From: Candidatus Falkowbacteria bacterium RIFOXYA2_FULL_47_19
Lineage (GTDB): Bacteria > Patescibacteriota > Patescibacteriia > Patescibacteriales > UBA12075
Length of the DNA: 64,000 bases
Assembly: GCA_001780275.1 (NCBI GenBank)
Contig: MFGB01000023.1
Location: forward strand, 69,375-133,374
Direction of reading: 5' to 3'
Shown here: positions 1-9,657 of the stretch, piece by piece
Layout: every line of letters begins with the position of its first letter
Numbering within the stretch: the stretch's first letter is position 1
Position numbers and translations under genes: made by a program
The notes under the pieces: generated by a model
The model's input: only the letters and a program-made list of their open reading frames with translations
What the model was told of the DNA's origin: nothing
Databases searched by the model: none

Positions 1-3000
1 TTACCATTTTTATCAATCGGAATTACAATTTTTATATCTTTAATAATATTTACCGTAATTCTTTTGTTTTGCTCTCCACGCGCATATTGCTTAAGATTTT
101 CTTTTAAAAAAGAATAAACAAAATCTAAAGAAATATTTTTTATAGATTTTTTAGGGATCAACGCACCACAATGCGTAGTCATGCTAAATTTATTTCTCCT
201 TAAAAAAACTGTCCCTGCATGCACGCCGTCAGTTGTCCAGGTTATACAATTACAATCATAATCATATGTATTTATATTTCCTATTATTCCTTCGTCAACA
301 GTTTGCGAGGAATAAAGAGGATATTGGCCTCCATTATTTTGTATATATTTATTTGTATATTTTGATTTTCCTTTTTCAATATCAAATATATCTTTGATGC
401 GTTCTGTCTTATTGTTTCCTGAAGGAGCTTTTATTTCTATATTTAAATCATTAATTTTTTTCTTATATTCTTCGATCCGTGCTTTTGTTTCCTCTACAAA
501 TACTAGCTTTTCAACTATTTGATTTTGAGAAATTATATCAATTTCACCATACGTATCAACAGGAAAATCAATTTCAATATCAGCCAACATCGAAGGATAA
601 ACTTTTGTAAATTCATCCTCGCCATTTTCTCCCTTACGACCTTTTGCCAAATTTCTTAAAATAGGTTCTAGCTTATGCTTAACATATTTTATATTGATAT
701 TATCTTTTTTTGGTTTTAACAGTCCTCTATCACCATTTATTGAAAATTTTCCTGAAATTATTTTTATATACCCAGCAAAACCGTTCGTTGCCCAAGTAAG
801 AAATTCGCCATCAAAGTCATAAGCATTAATATGTGTTAATGGGGCATTATTAGAAGCAGAATAAACTGCGAATTTACCCTTATTTTTATCCCCATATTTC
901 TTTGTGTATTTTGAGAGGCCTTTTTCAATATCAAATAATTCTTTGAGCAAAAAAGGTTTATTATTTATTTTAGTCTTTTTTTTTTCTGAAATTTCCTTTA
1001 TTTCATCTTGAAATTCTTTAATTGAATTTCCAACATCACTGATTATTGAAGCAAACTCTAAAAGCGTTACCTTTTCTTTCTTTTCTCTTATACCAATTTC
1101 AATTTTTTCTTTTTCTGTCCACCAATTATCAATTATCCAACTTTCTTCAATATTATCAGTAAATTTACTTAGAGGTTGCAATTTACATCTTTTGTCAGTA
1201 TTAATTTTTTCAAACCCCTTTTTATTTCCTTTAAAAAATGAGTACAAAGCAACAGCTTCCTGCAGATCATTCTGATCAATATCAAAGCGGTAAATATTTC
1301 TCGATTCCCCTATCTCGCTTACTAAATACGTAAATATTGGATCTTTTTGAAAATCTTTTTTATCAATTTTTTTTGTAATAGCTAAAATGTATGTCTTTTT
1401 ATTAGTTGTAAAAAAGGTATTTAACGGCAAAGAAATTATTCCATCAATATAACACTCGTCTAAAATAAACTCTCTTAAATTTCTATCGTTTTGACGATTT
1501 AAGATTCCGTCTGGAATAACTACAAATGCCTTCCCTCCTGGTTTAAGGGCACGTATTACCCACTCCATAAAAAGCCCTTCTACCCCCATGGCATTTACTT
1601 TATAGTAATTGATTAAATCGCCGTCTTTTTTGATTTCATCCTTTAAATTACCGCTTCCACTCGTAACATATGGGGGGTTAGTTAGAATTAAATCATATTC
1701 ATTTTCTACAGGATCAGATAATGTTCCCAGAATGGAATTTGTTTTTAATGTAAAACTATCATTAAACAGTTTTGCAAATTCTTTCGTATATGTAGGGTTA
1801 TCTTTAATCAAATCAGAAAAATAAATTAACATATTTGCTTTTGCTAATATGATTGTCTTTTGTTCATCCTTGTCAAAACCTTTATCAAAACCATGAATAA
1901 TAATTTTGGGAGTAATCCCATTTTTATTAATTTTATAAAATTCATCCAGCCTTGTAACTAATGGCTCAAGAAGAAATTTGCCAACACCACAAGCAGGATC
2001 ACAAATTTTTATCCCTTCTTTAATATTGTCTTTCGCCATTTCTATAATTGGCCGAATTACTTTCAACGGAGTAAAAAACTGTCCCCAATTTTTTTTACTA
2101 ATACTTTCTTTTAAGAAGCTTTCAAAAAGCTGACTTTTAAAGTCATAGTCTATATGTTCCAATTTTCCATATTTGTTAAATTTATCTAAAACGGTTTTGA
2201 ATGTTGTACTATAACCCTTTACTGCTTTCTGGTCTTTGCTTACAAAAATTGTACCATTGATAATTGTTGTCTTATCATCTATATTTTGTGGAAACAATTC
2301 TTTAATTTTTGGACGAACGGTGTTTGCATAATACTCTAAAACAAACCCCTGATCTCTTTTGTCATATAGATTCATCAAATACTCAAAATTTTCAGGCTCT
2401 TGTAGTACTTCAAGGTCACTAAGATACTTAAAAATAAATAACTCAACAAAAGTATAAAGACAATTTTCAGGGGTAGCACCACTTACCGACCAAATGTCTT
2501 GCCAAATACTTTTTGCTAAATTAGTTGGGTTTATTAATTTTTTGGGCTTAATATTATCATTTTGCTCATTAATTGATTCGTTAATCTTTTGAATCATTTC
2601 TGCTAACTTATCGTCTTTAGGATCAAACAAATATTTTATTTCTTTTCCCTCTTCGTCTTTAATTCTATTATTTGTTAGAGCATTAACCCACACGGATTCT
2701 TTTGTGTCTGTTGCAATAAATATTTTGGCTCCAAGTTTTTTTGCTACTTCAATTTCTTGTTTTATAGCTTTATTTTTCTGAGCTTCTGTTTTGAATTCCT
2801 GAGGAGTCTTATACTCAATAACTGCAATAACTTGTTTTTTTTGTATTACAAGCGCGTCTGGTTTTTTCTTTTCTAAAATACCATAATCAGTATCACGAAT
2901 TTTTTTATATCTTTTTAAGGCCTTTACAGTCGTAGCGCCTATATTATAAAAATCCCACTTTCCGATTTTAGGTGGGTTTTCAACAAGATCTTTTTGTAAT

Positions 3001-3013
3001 AATTCTTCGCTCA
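1..3013 (-). CDS. Single-chain type IIB/IIG restriction-modification-specificity fusion (PD-(D/E)XK nuclease + gamma-class N6-adenine methyltransferase + two HsdS-like target recognition domains); C-terminus runs off the window start
   Basis: Absent from the ORF track because there is no stop in the window. My minus-strand translation from the ATG at 3011-3013 stays open for >1000 codons (MSEELLQKDLVENPPKIGKWDF...). Motifs in order: KPDALVIQKKQVIAVIEYK (PD...ExK); ICDPACGVGKFLLEP (AdoMet motif I); LILTNPPYV (NPPY motif IV); then two paralogous TRD starts, LFDIEKGLSKYTKKYG and IFDIEKGKSKYTNKYI, separated by a charged helical spacer. This architecture matches AloI/PpiI/TstI-type enzymes. Confidence 0.8.
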
Positions 3014-3083
3014 TAATAATATCATTATTTTTTGCTTATTTCTGCCAATTTTTCAGTATTTTTTTTACTGTGTATAACAGTAA

Positions 3084-3138
3084 TATTATACCATAGAAAA
3101 TATATGAAAGCCAACTTGGGGGTGCGTATTATACCATA
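3084..3138 (-). promoter_or_regulatory. Two copies of a 12-bp direct repeat that read TGGTATAAT (extended -10 like) on the minus strand, upstream of the RM gene
   Basis: tattataccata occurs at 3084-3095 and 3127-3138. The reverse complement TATGGTATAATA contains TGnTATAAT. The nearer copy is ~70-80 nt upstream of the RM ATG. Confidence 0.35.
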
Positions 3139-3348
3139 AAACCTCTTTTTTTAAAATTATTTTATCCACACTTTCTTTTCCTCGGTAAAAAATGTATAAT
3201 TAAAAATATGTTAATGTCAAATAAAGCTACCTATGAAATCAATTTGTTTAATAAAAACAAAAATAAAATTACATGTTTATTCAATACCGAAAACTTAAAA
3301 TCATTGGAGTAAGAGCCGGTTTTATTGTCAACAAAGTTATATATTAAG

Positions 3349-3374
3349 CTCGGGTTTATTGCCCGGGTTTTTTT
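3349..3374 (+). terminator. Hairpin plus T-run immediately before the first gene of the phage-like element
   Basis: The sequence is gctcgggtttattgcccgggttttttt: a short GC stem followed by T7. Confidence 0.45.
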
Positions 3375-3382
3375 AAATCAAA

Positions 3383-4192
3383 ATGCCAGTCCAGAGATTA
3401 AAAGAAAAGATACTCGAATTGACCGGACTTTTGTGCGCCGAAACCGGGATATTCCAGAAACTTGTAATCATTTACAAGTATATCCGCCTGCTCAATACTG
3501 ATCCGCTGGCAAAAAACATCCTGCAGGGCATTTTTGACGAAACCACGGCCACCATGGGCGAATTGTGCAAGGGTGTAACAGACGAAAAGGAATTCATCAA
3601 CGTTAGCGGAGAAGCGCTGTTCACAAACGAATTCTGGCTTTACTTTTCTAACTTGCAAAAAATCCACGACCGGATGAAAAAACTGAAGCAAGAGCCGACC
3701 TGCAACCGGCAGGAAGTCAGGGATTTATGCAATCTGTTTTCAAAGCCGTATTCCGGCGAAATGCTTGAATTATCCGTTAAGATCGTGAACAGCAACGTCT
3801 TTGAACGGCTCGATCAAGAGGGGTTCGTCAATGGCCACGAACTCGAGGGCAAAACATACTTCGACCAGAAGCGGAGCATTTTGTATATAAAGGGGCAAAA
3901 GGTTTTGATCAATATCCAGGACAAGATCACGAACGCCCACAAGATACTAAAATACATCTTCATCGACAACAAGAAAAACCTGGAAGACGATTTTTTCTAT
4001 TCGGAAATAGCCGAAGACGAATTTCAGGATACGGAATACAAGAGCAATCAGAAAGCCTGGGAAACTTACCACATCGCCTGCCGGTATATAAACAAGAAAG
4101 TCATGGAGCAGACCAATAACAAAGTAACGAATTTTCTGATCTACAACACCGGCAAAACCGGAAAAGTAAAATTGAATAAAATCTATCTGTAA
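3383..4192 (+). CDS. Hypothetical protein, first gene of the phage-like element
   Basis: 269-aa ORF followed by a clean terminator. I recognise no motif. Confidence 0.5.
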   Translation: MPVQRLKEKILELTGLLCAETGIFQKLVIIYKYIRLLNTDPLAKNILQGIFDETTATMGELCKGVTDEKEFINVSGEALFTNEFWLYFSNLQKIHDRMKKLKQEPTCNRQEVRDLCNLFSKPYSGEMLELSVKIVNSNVFERLDQEGFVNGHELEGKTYFDQKRSILYIKGQKVLINIQDKITNAHKILKYIFIDNKKNLEDDFFYSEIAEDEFQDTEYKSNQKAWETYHIACRYINKKVMEQTNNKVTNFLIYNTGKTGKVKLNKIYL

Positions 4193-4220
4193 GCCGTTTT
4201 GACATAAATCGTCTCAATAA

Positions 4221-4247
4221 AGCCTCGAATATTCGGGGCTTTTTTTG
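4221..4247 (+). terminator. Rho-independent terminator
   Basis: The stem is agcctcgaa / ttcggggct, followed by T7. It is flanked by two copies of tttgacataaatc (4198-4210 and 4248-4260). Confidence 0.7.
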
Positions 4248-4328
4248 TTTGACATAAATCTTTACATAAACTTTTGTCAAACCCGTTTTTATATGATGAA
4301 GACATAATCCGCAAAATAAAGGTCGATT

Positions 4329-4625
4329 GTGGAAAAATTAATTCATCAGTCAAAAAAACAAATGTTCAAGATCACAGGCACGCTCAAAAAAGAGGAAATA
4401 AGGGAATTTACCCGCAAGGACGGCACGCCCGGCAAAAGCCGGACTCTCTACGTCGAACCGGCGGGAAGCGTTTATCCGATCAAGGTCAATTGCTCCGATC
4501 TGGAAACTAAAATCGGCAAGCAGGGCGACACGGTAACGCTCGAAGTTGAAGCTTTCCCTTACGTCATCCAAGACGGCAAGCGCAAAAAAGCCTTTCTCGA
4601 CATCTACATTCCTAACAAAAAATAA
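4329..4625 (+). CDS. Candidate ssDNA-binding protein (g5p-like by size and position)
   Basis: The ORF has a GTG start at 4329. An internal ATG at 4362 gives 87 aa (MFKITGTLKK...), the size of Ff gVp. The sequence looks beta-rich and sits at the head of the structural module. No direct motif proof. Confidence 0.45.
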   Translation: MEKLIHQSKKQMFKITGTLKKEEIREFTRKDGTPGKSRTLYVEPAGSVYPIKVNCSDLETKIGKQGDTVTLEVEAFPYVIQDGKRKKAFLDIYIPNKK

Positions 4626-4627
4626 AT

Positions 4628-4780
4628 ATGGATTTTCTTATCGAAAACCACGGAACATTAGTTCTTACCGATGAGGCATTGGATTTAATCAATTTTTTCA
4701 GCCAATTGCTCACGGTATCATTCGCTATTCTGTCCGGACTCATTTCGATATTGATCGTCATAATTATTTTTAAGAAATGA
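4628..4780 (+). CDS. 50-aa single-TM protein (minor virion protein candidate)
   Basis: Hand-translated: MDFLIENHGTLVLTDEALDLINFFSQLLTVSFAILSGLISILIVIIIFKK. It starts 2 nt after the previous stop. Below the ORF-track size cutoff. Confidence 0.5.
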   Translation: MDFLIENHGTLVLTDEALDLINFFSQLLTVSFAILSGLISILIVIIIFKK

Positions 4781-4781
4781 T

Positions 4782-4892
4782 ATGGCCGGCATGGTAAACA
4801 ATTTATTCCTGGGCTTTGGCCTTTCCCTCGTTCTCCCGCTCGCGCTCTTAATCATCATAAGCATTTTTTTGACGTTTATCTCGGGCAAGTAG
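4782..4892 (+). CDS. 36-aa single-TM protein (g7/g9-like candidate)
   Basis: Hand-translated: MAGMVNNLFLGFGLSLVLPLALLIIISIFLTFISGK. There is a 1-nt gap to the previous ORF. Confidence 0.45.
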   Translation: MAGMVNNLFLGFGLSLVLPLALLIIISIFLTFISGK

Positions 4893-4893
4893 T

Positions 4894-5046
4894 ATGTGTT
4901 CTGAATTCATAACCCTCGCTAGCTCCTGTTATCTCGACAACTTCGCTTTAATCGCCGAAGTGTTCGAAAGGGCTTTCACTTTGGGGATCGTGATCGGGAC
5001 AGTGGTCGGCGTACTGCTGTTATTCGTCAATAAAATTAACAGGTAA
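4894..5046 (+). CDS. 50-aa single-TM protein (minor virion protein candidate)
   Basis: Hand-translated: MCSEFITLASSCYLDNFALIAEVFERAFTLGIVIGTVVGVLLLFVNKINR. There is a 1-nt gap to the previous ORF. Confidence 0.45.
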   Translation: MCSEFITLASSCYLDNFALIAEVFERAFTLGIVIGTVVGVLLLFVNKINR

Positions 5047-5052
5047 AAACTT

Positions 5053-5325
5053 ATGATTAACAAAATGACAAGCGCATTGTCCAAGGGAAAAACGGCGGTT
5101 CTCGCCTTTGTCCTGGCTCTCGTCGGCGGTCTGCTCTCTTTCGGAGGTTCCGCATTGGCCGCGGTCGATCCGTCAGTGTCTTCCACCACGGGAATGGTTG
5201 TTGACACCATGAAAGAGAACGTAACCGGCGTAATCACCGCCAACATCGCGAATATCGTGATCGTCGGCGTGATCATCTTCTCAATCGGTTTCGTTTGGAA
5301 GCTGGCCCGCAGATTCATGAAATAG
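5053..5325 (+). CDS. Inovirus-type major coat protein
   Basis: 90 aa. It has a signal peptide ending GGSALA|AVDPS, an acidic/amphipathic N-part, a hydrophobic helix (ITANIANIVIVGVIIFSIGFVW) and a basic tail (KLARRFMK). This is the canonical g8p layout. Confidence 0.75.
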   Translation: MINKMTSALSKGKTAVLAFVLALVGGLLSFGGSALAAVDPSVSSTTGMVVDTMKENVTGVITANIANIVIVGVIIFSIGFVWKLARRFMK

Positions 5326-5384
5326 GCGCGGAAAGGGGCCGGGGCTAATTCGGCTCCGGCTCCTTTCTTAATTCTAAAATCAAT

Positions 5385-6995
5385 ATGAAAAAATATTTGA
5401 CTACAATTATCCTGCTATTCGGGCTGTTCGGAATCAAAACAGTATTTGCCAAGGAATACAGTATTTCAGTCCCCATAATAACAGATACGGCCAATTGGCC
5501 CCCGCCTTACGAAATATCCTGGGGCGGTGATACTTCCGCGAGCAAACAGTTTTTCGGTCAAGAATTCCGCACCGCTTCGACCCAGAATATCATCGACGGA
5601 ATCGAAGTATATATGAAAGTGGATAACGGCTGTCCGTCTTCGCCGACTTACGATCTGGCGCTTAGCCTGTTCAAAGGCCACCCGGACGAAACCGATATTC
5701 TCGTGGCGACGGCGGAAATGTCCTTGTCGGACTGCCAGGAAATTCTTAATACCGGCTATGTTTGGTACGACTTCCTGTTTCCGGAAACCGTAAGCATTAC
5801 CCCGAGCGCCTATCACCATTTCCGCCTATACTCCGGCGACCGGACTGATGGCGAAAGATACGCCCACGCCACATACTCAGACTACCGCGCCAGTGCCGGT
5901 TATTACTACTATTCAACAACCGAAGGCTTTGTGGAAAGCCCTTACGATATGGCTTTTCGGACGTATTCAGGCAGACCGTCATGGACGTTCGAAATTACTG
6001 ATCCATTGACCGGTTCGATGAAAATTAAAGACACGACGGTTCAGGTAAGCGGAACATGTATCACGAACGGCGCAAATCGGATCGCTTTAACCAACGATTG
6101 TTCGGATTTTTCAGGTCTTGATTATACCTTGGACTGTGTTGACCATACGTTCGCGGGCGAGATTTACTATGACGGCTTATCGGACTGGATCGTAGCGGTG
6201 GACATTGACAGCGTGGCCACGGATTGCGTCAATTACGACCTTTTAATGGACGTGGTGGATATTGACGGGATCGAAGTGATCGAAGGATACCCGGACGATT
6301 GGTATTTCAATTATGACTATTACGACGATTTCGATATTGTCATCAATTCCCCGGCATTTGTGGACGCGCTGACCCTACCGATCGGAAGCACGAACGTTGA
6401 TATTTCTTTCAAGTTCGTTTATCCAATGCCGTTATCGCCGAACGTAACATTCCACATTAGGCAATATGATCAAAACGGCAATCTGCTTAACGCCGATTAC
6501 CACGATGAAACGCTGATTAATATGACCGATACCAATAATTACATTGTTAATTTCACGGCTTCGACTTCGCCCCTGCATTACGTCGTCCAGCTATTCAACG
6601 GTTCCGAACTTTCCCGGCAGTTTCCGTTCGGGATTTACGTTTCCGATCTGGATTTCACGCATAATCCGGACGATTACAAGTTCTTCTTTCCCCGCCTGGT
6701 GGAAAAGCTAAGGCAGAAAATAATCTTCAATTATTTCTTCGGATTTTATGACAGCTTTTACAATCTTTTTTCAGCGACCGGAACGCCTGAATCGGCCGAG
6801 GCATTGGATGTCAGTTTTGTGGCCATGTCGGATGACGGCCAGTATGATCTGGAAGTCCCGATCTTAAAAGGCTCCGATCCGTCCGTCAAGTCGTTCGCCC
6901 AGGGCATGAGGCCGTACATAATCGCTTTTCTCTGGATCGGCTTCGCCGTTTATGTATTCCTAAGAGTCGCCAAGATGTTTGAAAGCGACGAATAA
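5385..6995 (+). CDS. Secreted, C-terminally anchored virion protein (g3p-like adsorption protein candidate)
   Basis: N-terminal signal peptide (MKKYLTTIILLFGLFGIKTVFA) and C-terminal TM anchor (YIIAFLWIGFAVYVFLRV). It is the largest ORF of the structural module and follows the coat gene. Confidence 0.5.
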   Translation: MKKYLTTIILLFGLFGIKTVFAKEYSISVPIITDTANWPPPYEISWGGDTSASKQFFGQEFRTASTQNIIDGIEVYMKVDNGCPSSPTYDLALSLFKGHPDETDILVATAEMSLSDCQEILNTGYVWYDFLFPETVSITPSAYHHFRLYSGDRTDGERYAHATYSDYRASAGYYYYSTTEGFVESPYDMAFRTYSGRPSWTFEITDPLTGSMKIKDTTVQVSGTCITNGANRIALTNDCSDFSGLDYTLDCVDHTFAGEIYYDGLSDWIVAVDIDSVATDCVNYDLLMDVVDIDGIEVIEGYPDDWYFNYDYYDDFDIVINSPAFVDALTLPIGSTNVDISFKFVYPMPLSPNVTFHIRQYDQNGNLLNADYHDETLINMTDTNNYIVNFTASTSPLHYVVQLFNGSELSRQFPFGIYVSDLDFTHNPDDYKFFFPRLVEKLRQKIIFNYFFGFYDSFYNLFSATGTPESAEALDVSFVAMSDDGQYDLEVPILKGSDPSVKSFAQGMRPYIIAFLWIGFAVYVFLRVAKMFESDE

Positions 6996-7245
6996 ATTTA
7001 TGCTAAATTTTATCGAAAAAATCTTGATTGCCATTTTCTCGCTTCTGCCGGACGCCGATCCGGAAAATAACGTGCTGGCTATGGTCGCAAGCGCGATTGA
7101 AACGGTCAAGCCCTCTTTCTACAACATCGATCTGATCTTTCCGATCTTGACTTTGTTTAAAATATTAATGCTTGCCATTTTTGTTGAAGCCACGATCTTC
7201 CTGATTACTCTGGTCATCAAAGTGGCGGTATTTTTCCGAGGATGA
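6979..7245 (+). CDS. Small polytopic membrane protein (g6p-like, or membrane partner of the ATPase)
   Basis: 88 aa with two hydrophobic segments. It overlaps the previous ORF, and its stop overlaps the ATPase start (ATGA at 7242-7245). Confidence 0.4.
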   Translation: MKATNKFMLNFIEKILIAIFSLLPDADPENNVLAMVASAIETVKPSFYNIDLIFPILTLFKILMLAIFVEATIFLITLVIKVAVFFRG

Positions 7246-7967
7246 TAACTATAATAACCGGCAAGCCGGGAGCGGGCAAAACTTTATTTCTGACATACCA
7301 GGCCTTTGAGATGTTAAAGCGGGGCTATGACGTTTACGCCAATTGGAAACTTGATTTTAACACCTACATCGAAAAGAAGAAACTGAACACGGACAAATTC
7401 GGACAAGTCTATTTCTGGTCGGAGATCGCCGAACTTCTGCACATCAAGGGCGGACAGATATTCATTGACGAAGCACAAGGCTATTTCGATTCCCGCGAAT
7501 GGCAGGAAATGCCCCCGAGCGCAAAGCAGAAATTTTCCGCCCACAGGCACGACGTCAGAAAGGACGAAGACGGCACGATCATTCCTTTAGACATTTGGGC
7601 GGGCGTTCAGCACACCTCAAACATCGACAAGCGGATCCGAGATTTGGGACAGCACTTTGCCGAAATACGCAATATCTGGAAAAAAGTATTCATGATTTCC
7701 TACTTTGAGTTAAAGGATTTAAAGGACGATATGGTCAGCCGGAAAGCCGTAAAAAGAAGATTGTTTTTATTCAGCAAGGCAAAAGCCGAGTGCTACAACA
7801 CGCACGAAGCCGTCAATTTCATCGAATATCCGGAATTCCCGTATCATCGGGAATATGAAAACCGGTTTTCAAACAACAATACCGGCCTGATTCCCGACTC
7901 TCCGGATATTCCGCCCTTTTCCCGCAAGTCCCTTGGCGAATACAAAAAAAGGGAGCGAACCCGGTAA
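7242..7967 (+). CDS. Zot / pI-like filamentous-phage assembly ATPase
   Basis: N-terminus MITIITGKPGAGKTLFLTYQAFEMLKRGYDVYAN carries a Walker A motif in the position typical of the Zot family. Walker B is IFIDEAQ. I see no TM segment within this ORF. Confidence 0.8.
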   Translation: MITIITGKPGAGKTLFLTYQAFEMLKRGYDVYANWKLDFNTYIEKKKLNTDKFGQVYFWSEIAELLHIKGGQIFIDEAQGYFDSREWQEMPPSAKQKFSAHRHDVRKDEDGTIIPLDIWAGVQHTSNIDKRIRDLGQHFAEIRNIWKKVFMISYFELKDLKDDMVSRKAVKRRLFLFSKAKAECYNTHEAVNFIEYPEFPYHREYENRFSNNNTGLIPDSPDIPPFSRKSLGEYKKRERTR

Positions 7968-7987
7968 GGCTCGCTCCCTTGATTTGT

Positions 7988-8278
7988 TTATTCGGTCGCA
8001 ATGACCTGCACGTCGAAGAAAAGGTTGATCGTTTTGGGAAATTTTTTCACGACCTCGCCGTTCTTGTCCTTCTTCTCGATTACGACGAAAGACTTGATGG
8101 CTTTTTCGCCCGATTTGACCCGGTAGCCGATCTTGTTCCACTGCCTGATAGTCATGCAGTTGATCTTCGGGTCGTAACGGTTGGCTTCGTCCGAACCCCA
8201 CCGCTCCTTGATCTGTTTGCGAACCAGTGTTTCGGTTGTTTCCGAACCGGTCCAGTTTGTAGTGATTTTCTTTTCCAT
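7988..8278 (-). CDS. Small protein, possible ArdC-N-like ssDNA-binding domain
   Basis: MTIRQWNKIGYRVKSGEKAIKSFVV resembles the ArdC N-terminal pattern (Q..lG..VkKGEk). It is the only minus-strand gene in the element. Assigned by motif memory only. Confidence 0.3.
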   Translation of the reverse strand: MEKKITTNWTGSETTETLVRKQIKERWGSDEANRYDPKINCMTIRQWNKIGYRVKSGEKAIKSFVVIEKKDKNGEVVKKFPKTINLFFDVQVIATE

Positions 8279-8500
8279 AAGAATAAATCACGGCCGATTT
8301 TTTAAAAACCGATCTGGCAAGGCCGTTTGTTGCCACATCAGGATATGGCCTACATAGCGTCTGATAGCTTGCCTTAGTCAAGGTGGAGACTTGTACTACC
8401 TTGATAAAGGAAAAGCTGACGCTAAAATGGACTACCCTGATGAAGTCAAAAACGCCTCCGCTTCGGCTTATTCCTTGTCTTTTAAATTTCTTTCGTGCGG

Positions 8501-8550
8501 GCAAATATTTTGGCGGACGAGTCTGCCCGACCGGCCGCCAAAATATTTGC
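8501..8550. repeat. Perfect 16-bp inverted repeat with an 18-nt spacer in the 360-bp non-coding region upstream of Rep (origin candidate)
   Basis: gcaaatattttggcgg (8501-8516) pairs with ccgccaaaatatttgc (8535-8550). Confidence 0.8.
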
Positions 8551-8641
8551 AAACAGGATTTCAAGGCAAAGTAAATCCGCGGGCGGATTGCTTCTCTTAA
8601 CTTGATTATATTCACACATCTAACGAAAACAATCATCGTTT

Positions 8642-9442
8642 ATGGCTTATACCTACGACTTCAAGGTCGTGGTTTCCGGCAAGCAAGTGGAAGTGTTTAA
8701 GTACAAGAAAAATATTTGGCGCGAATATGACAGCCCAAAGGACGAGCAGGTAAAAAAGCCAAAACAATTAAATATATTCGAACAACAAAAATTAAAAGAA
8801 CAGCAAATTAAGTCTTCTATAAACCGGACAAAAACTGAACTACGCAGGTTGATCAATTCAAATCCGGGTTTAAACAAATTTATGACTCTCACTTTTGCCA
8901 AATCCACGACTGACATCGCGCAAGCGAATTACATCTTTAATCAGTTCATCAAACGGATATCTTACCGATATCCGGATTTTCAGTATATTGCCGTTCCGGA
9001 ATTTCAAAAGGACACGGATTTTTACGGGCGCAAAAAGGAAAATGGCGGATCGGTTCATTATCATCTGCTTTGTAATCTGCCTTATATCGAAATGAGCGCT
9101 TTGGAATGGCTCTGGGGGCAAGGCATGGTAAACATCCGGGAAACCGGCCAGGTCAACAACCTGGGGGCGTATATGTGCAAATACCTGGGCAAGGAATTGT
9201 TTACCGGCCGGATGTTCGGTAAGAAAAAATATTTCCGATCGCAAAGCCTGTCCGAATCGGTCGAACTGATCGGCTGGTACGCGATGAAATTCGTGGAAAA
9301 ATTTTTGTCCTTGATTTCGCCGGTGTTCGAAAAAACTTTTTATTCCGAATGGGTCGGCATGGTCGATTACAAGGCTTTTACGCTGGGGTTTGTGCCGTTT
9401 AAAAACGGCTATGAGCGGTCGATAATTTTTAATTCAGCCTGA
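8642..9442 (+). CDS. Rolling-circle replication initiator (HUH endonuclease superfamily)
   Basis: Motif 1 is FMTLTF, motif 2 is VHYHLLC (HUH), and motif 3 is GAYMCKYLGKE (catalytic Tyr). Confidence 0.8.
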   Translation: MAYTYDFKVVVSGKQVEVFKYKKNIWREYDSPKDEQVKKPKQLNIFEQQKLKEQQIKSSINRTKTELRRLINSNPGLNKFMTLTFAKSTTDIAQANYIFNQFIKRISYRYPDFQYIAVPEFQKDTDFYGRKKENGGSVHYHLLCNLPYIEMSALEWLWGQGMVNIRETGQVNNLGAYMCKYLGKELFTGRMFGKKKYFRSQSLSESVELIGWYAMKFVEKFLSLISPVFEKTFYSEWVGMVDYKAFTLGFVPFKNGYERSIIFNSA

Positions 9443-9612
9443 TGAAATTCACCAAAGAACAATTAAACGGTTTTATCGCCTTATACCAAAATGAATTCGG
9501 CGAAAAACTAAGTCCGGCCGAAGCGGAAAAACAAGCCTCCGCCTTGGTATCTTTGGTTAAAGCGACATATAAGCCGATGAGCAGGGAAGAGTTTAAAAAA
9601 TACGCTAATTGA
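9442..9612 (+). CDS. 56-aa hypothetical protein translationally coupled to Rep
   Basis: The ATG overlaps the Rep TGA (ctgATGa). Hand-translated: MKFTKEQLNGFIALYQNEFGEKLSPAEAEKQASALVSLVKATYKPMSREEFKKYAN. Confidence 0.4.
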   Translation: MKFTKEQLNGFIALYQNEFGEKLSPAEAEKQASALVSLVKATYKPMSREEFKKYAN

Positions 9613-9657
9613 CAATCCGTAACTTGCAAAAATGAATATTTGTGGTAGGATAATATT

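Noticed and set aside
1609-1824. 71-aa plus-strand ORF in the first 3 kb
   Set aside because: It is antisense to the >1000-codon RM fusion ORF, whose motifs (NPPY and others) span this position.
3208-3312. 34-aa ORF (MLMSNKATYEINLFNKNKNKITCLFNTENLKSLE) between the RM gene and the phage-like element, preceded by a TATAAT-like box and followed by a terminator
   Set aside because: It is very short, has a low-complexity Asn/Lys composition typical of AT-rich DNA, and has no RBS or recognisable family. It may be a small transcript, but coding is unsupported.
3014-3382. Search for a direct repeat of the tRNA-Trp 3' end (attL) near the composition break
   Set aside because: I found no copy of ggtaggaatcgaaccc or of longer parts of the tRNA by eye. 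This is expected for a serine integrase with a very short core. The left boundary therefore remains undefined and should not be claimed.
7869-8636. 255-aa minus-strand ORF across the end of the Zot gene, the 96-aa gene and the Rep upstream region
   Set aside because: It overlaps better-supported genes in other frames and runs through the non-coding origin-like region. Its Arg-rich, low-complexity sequence looks non-genic.
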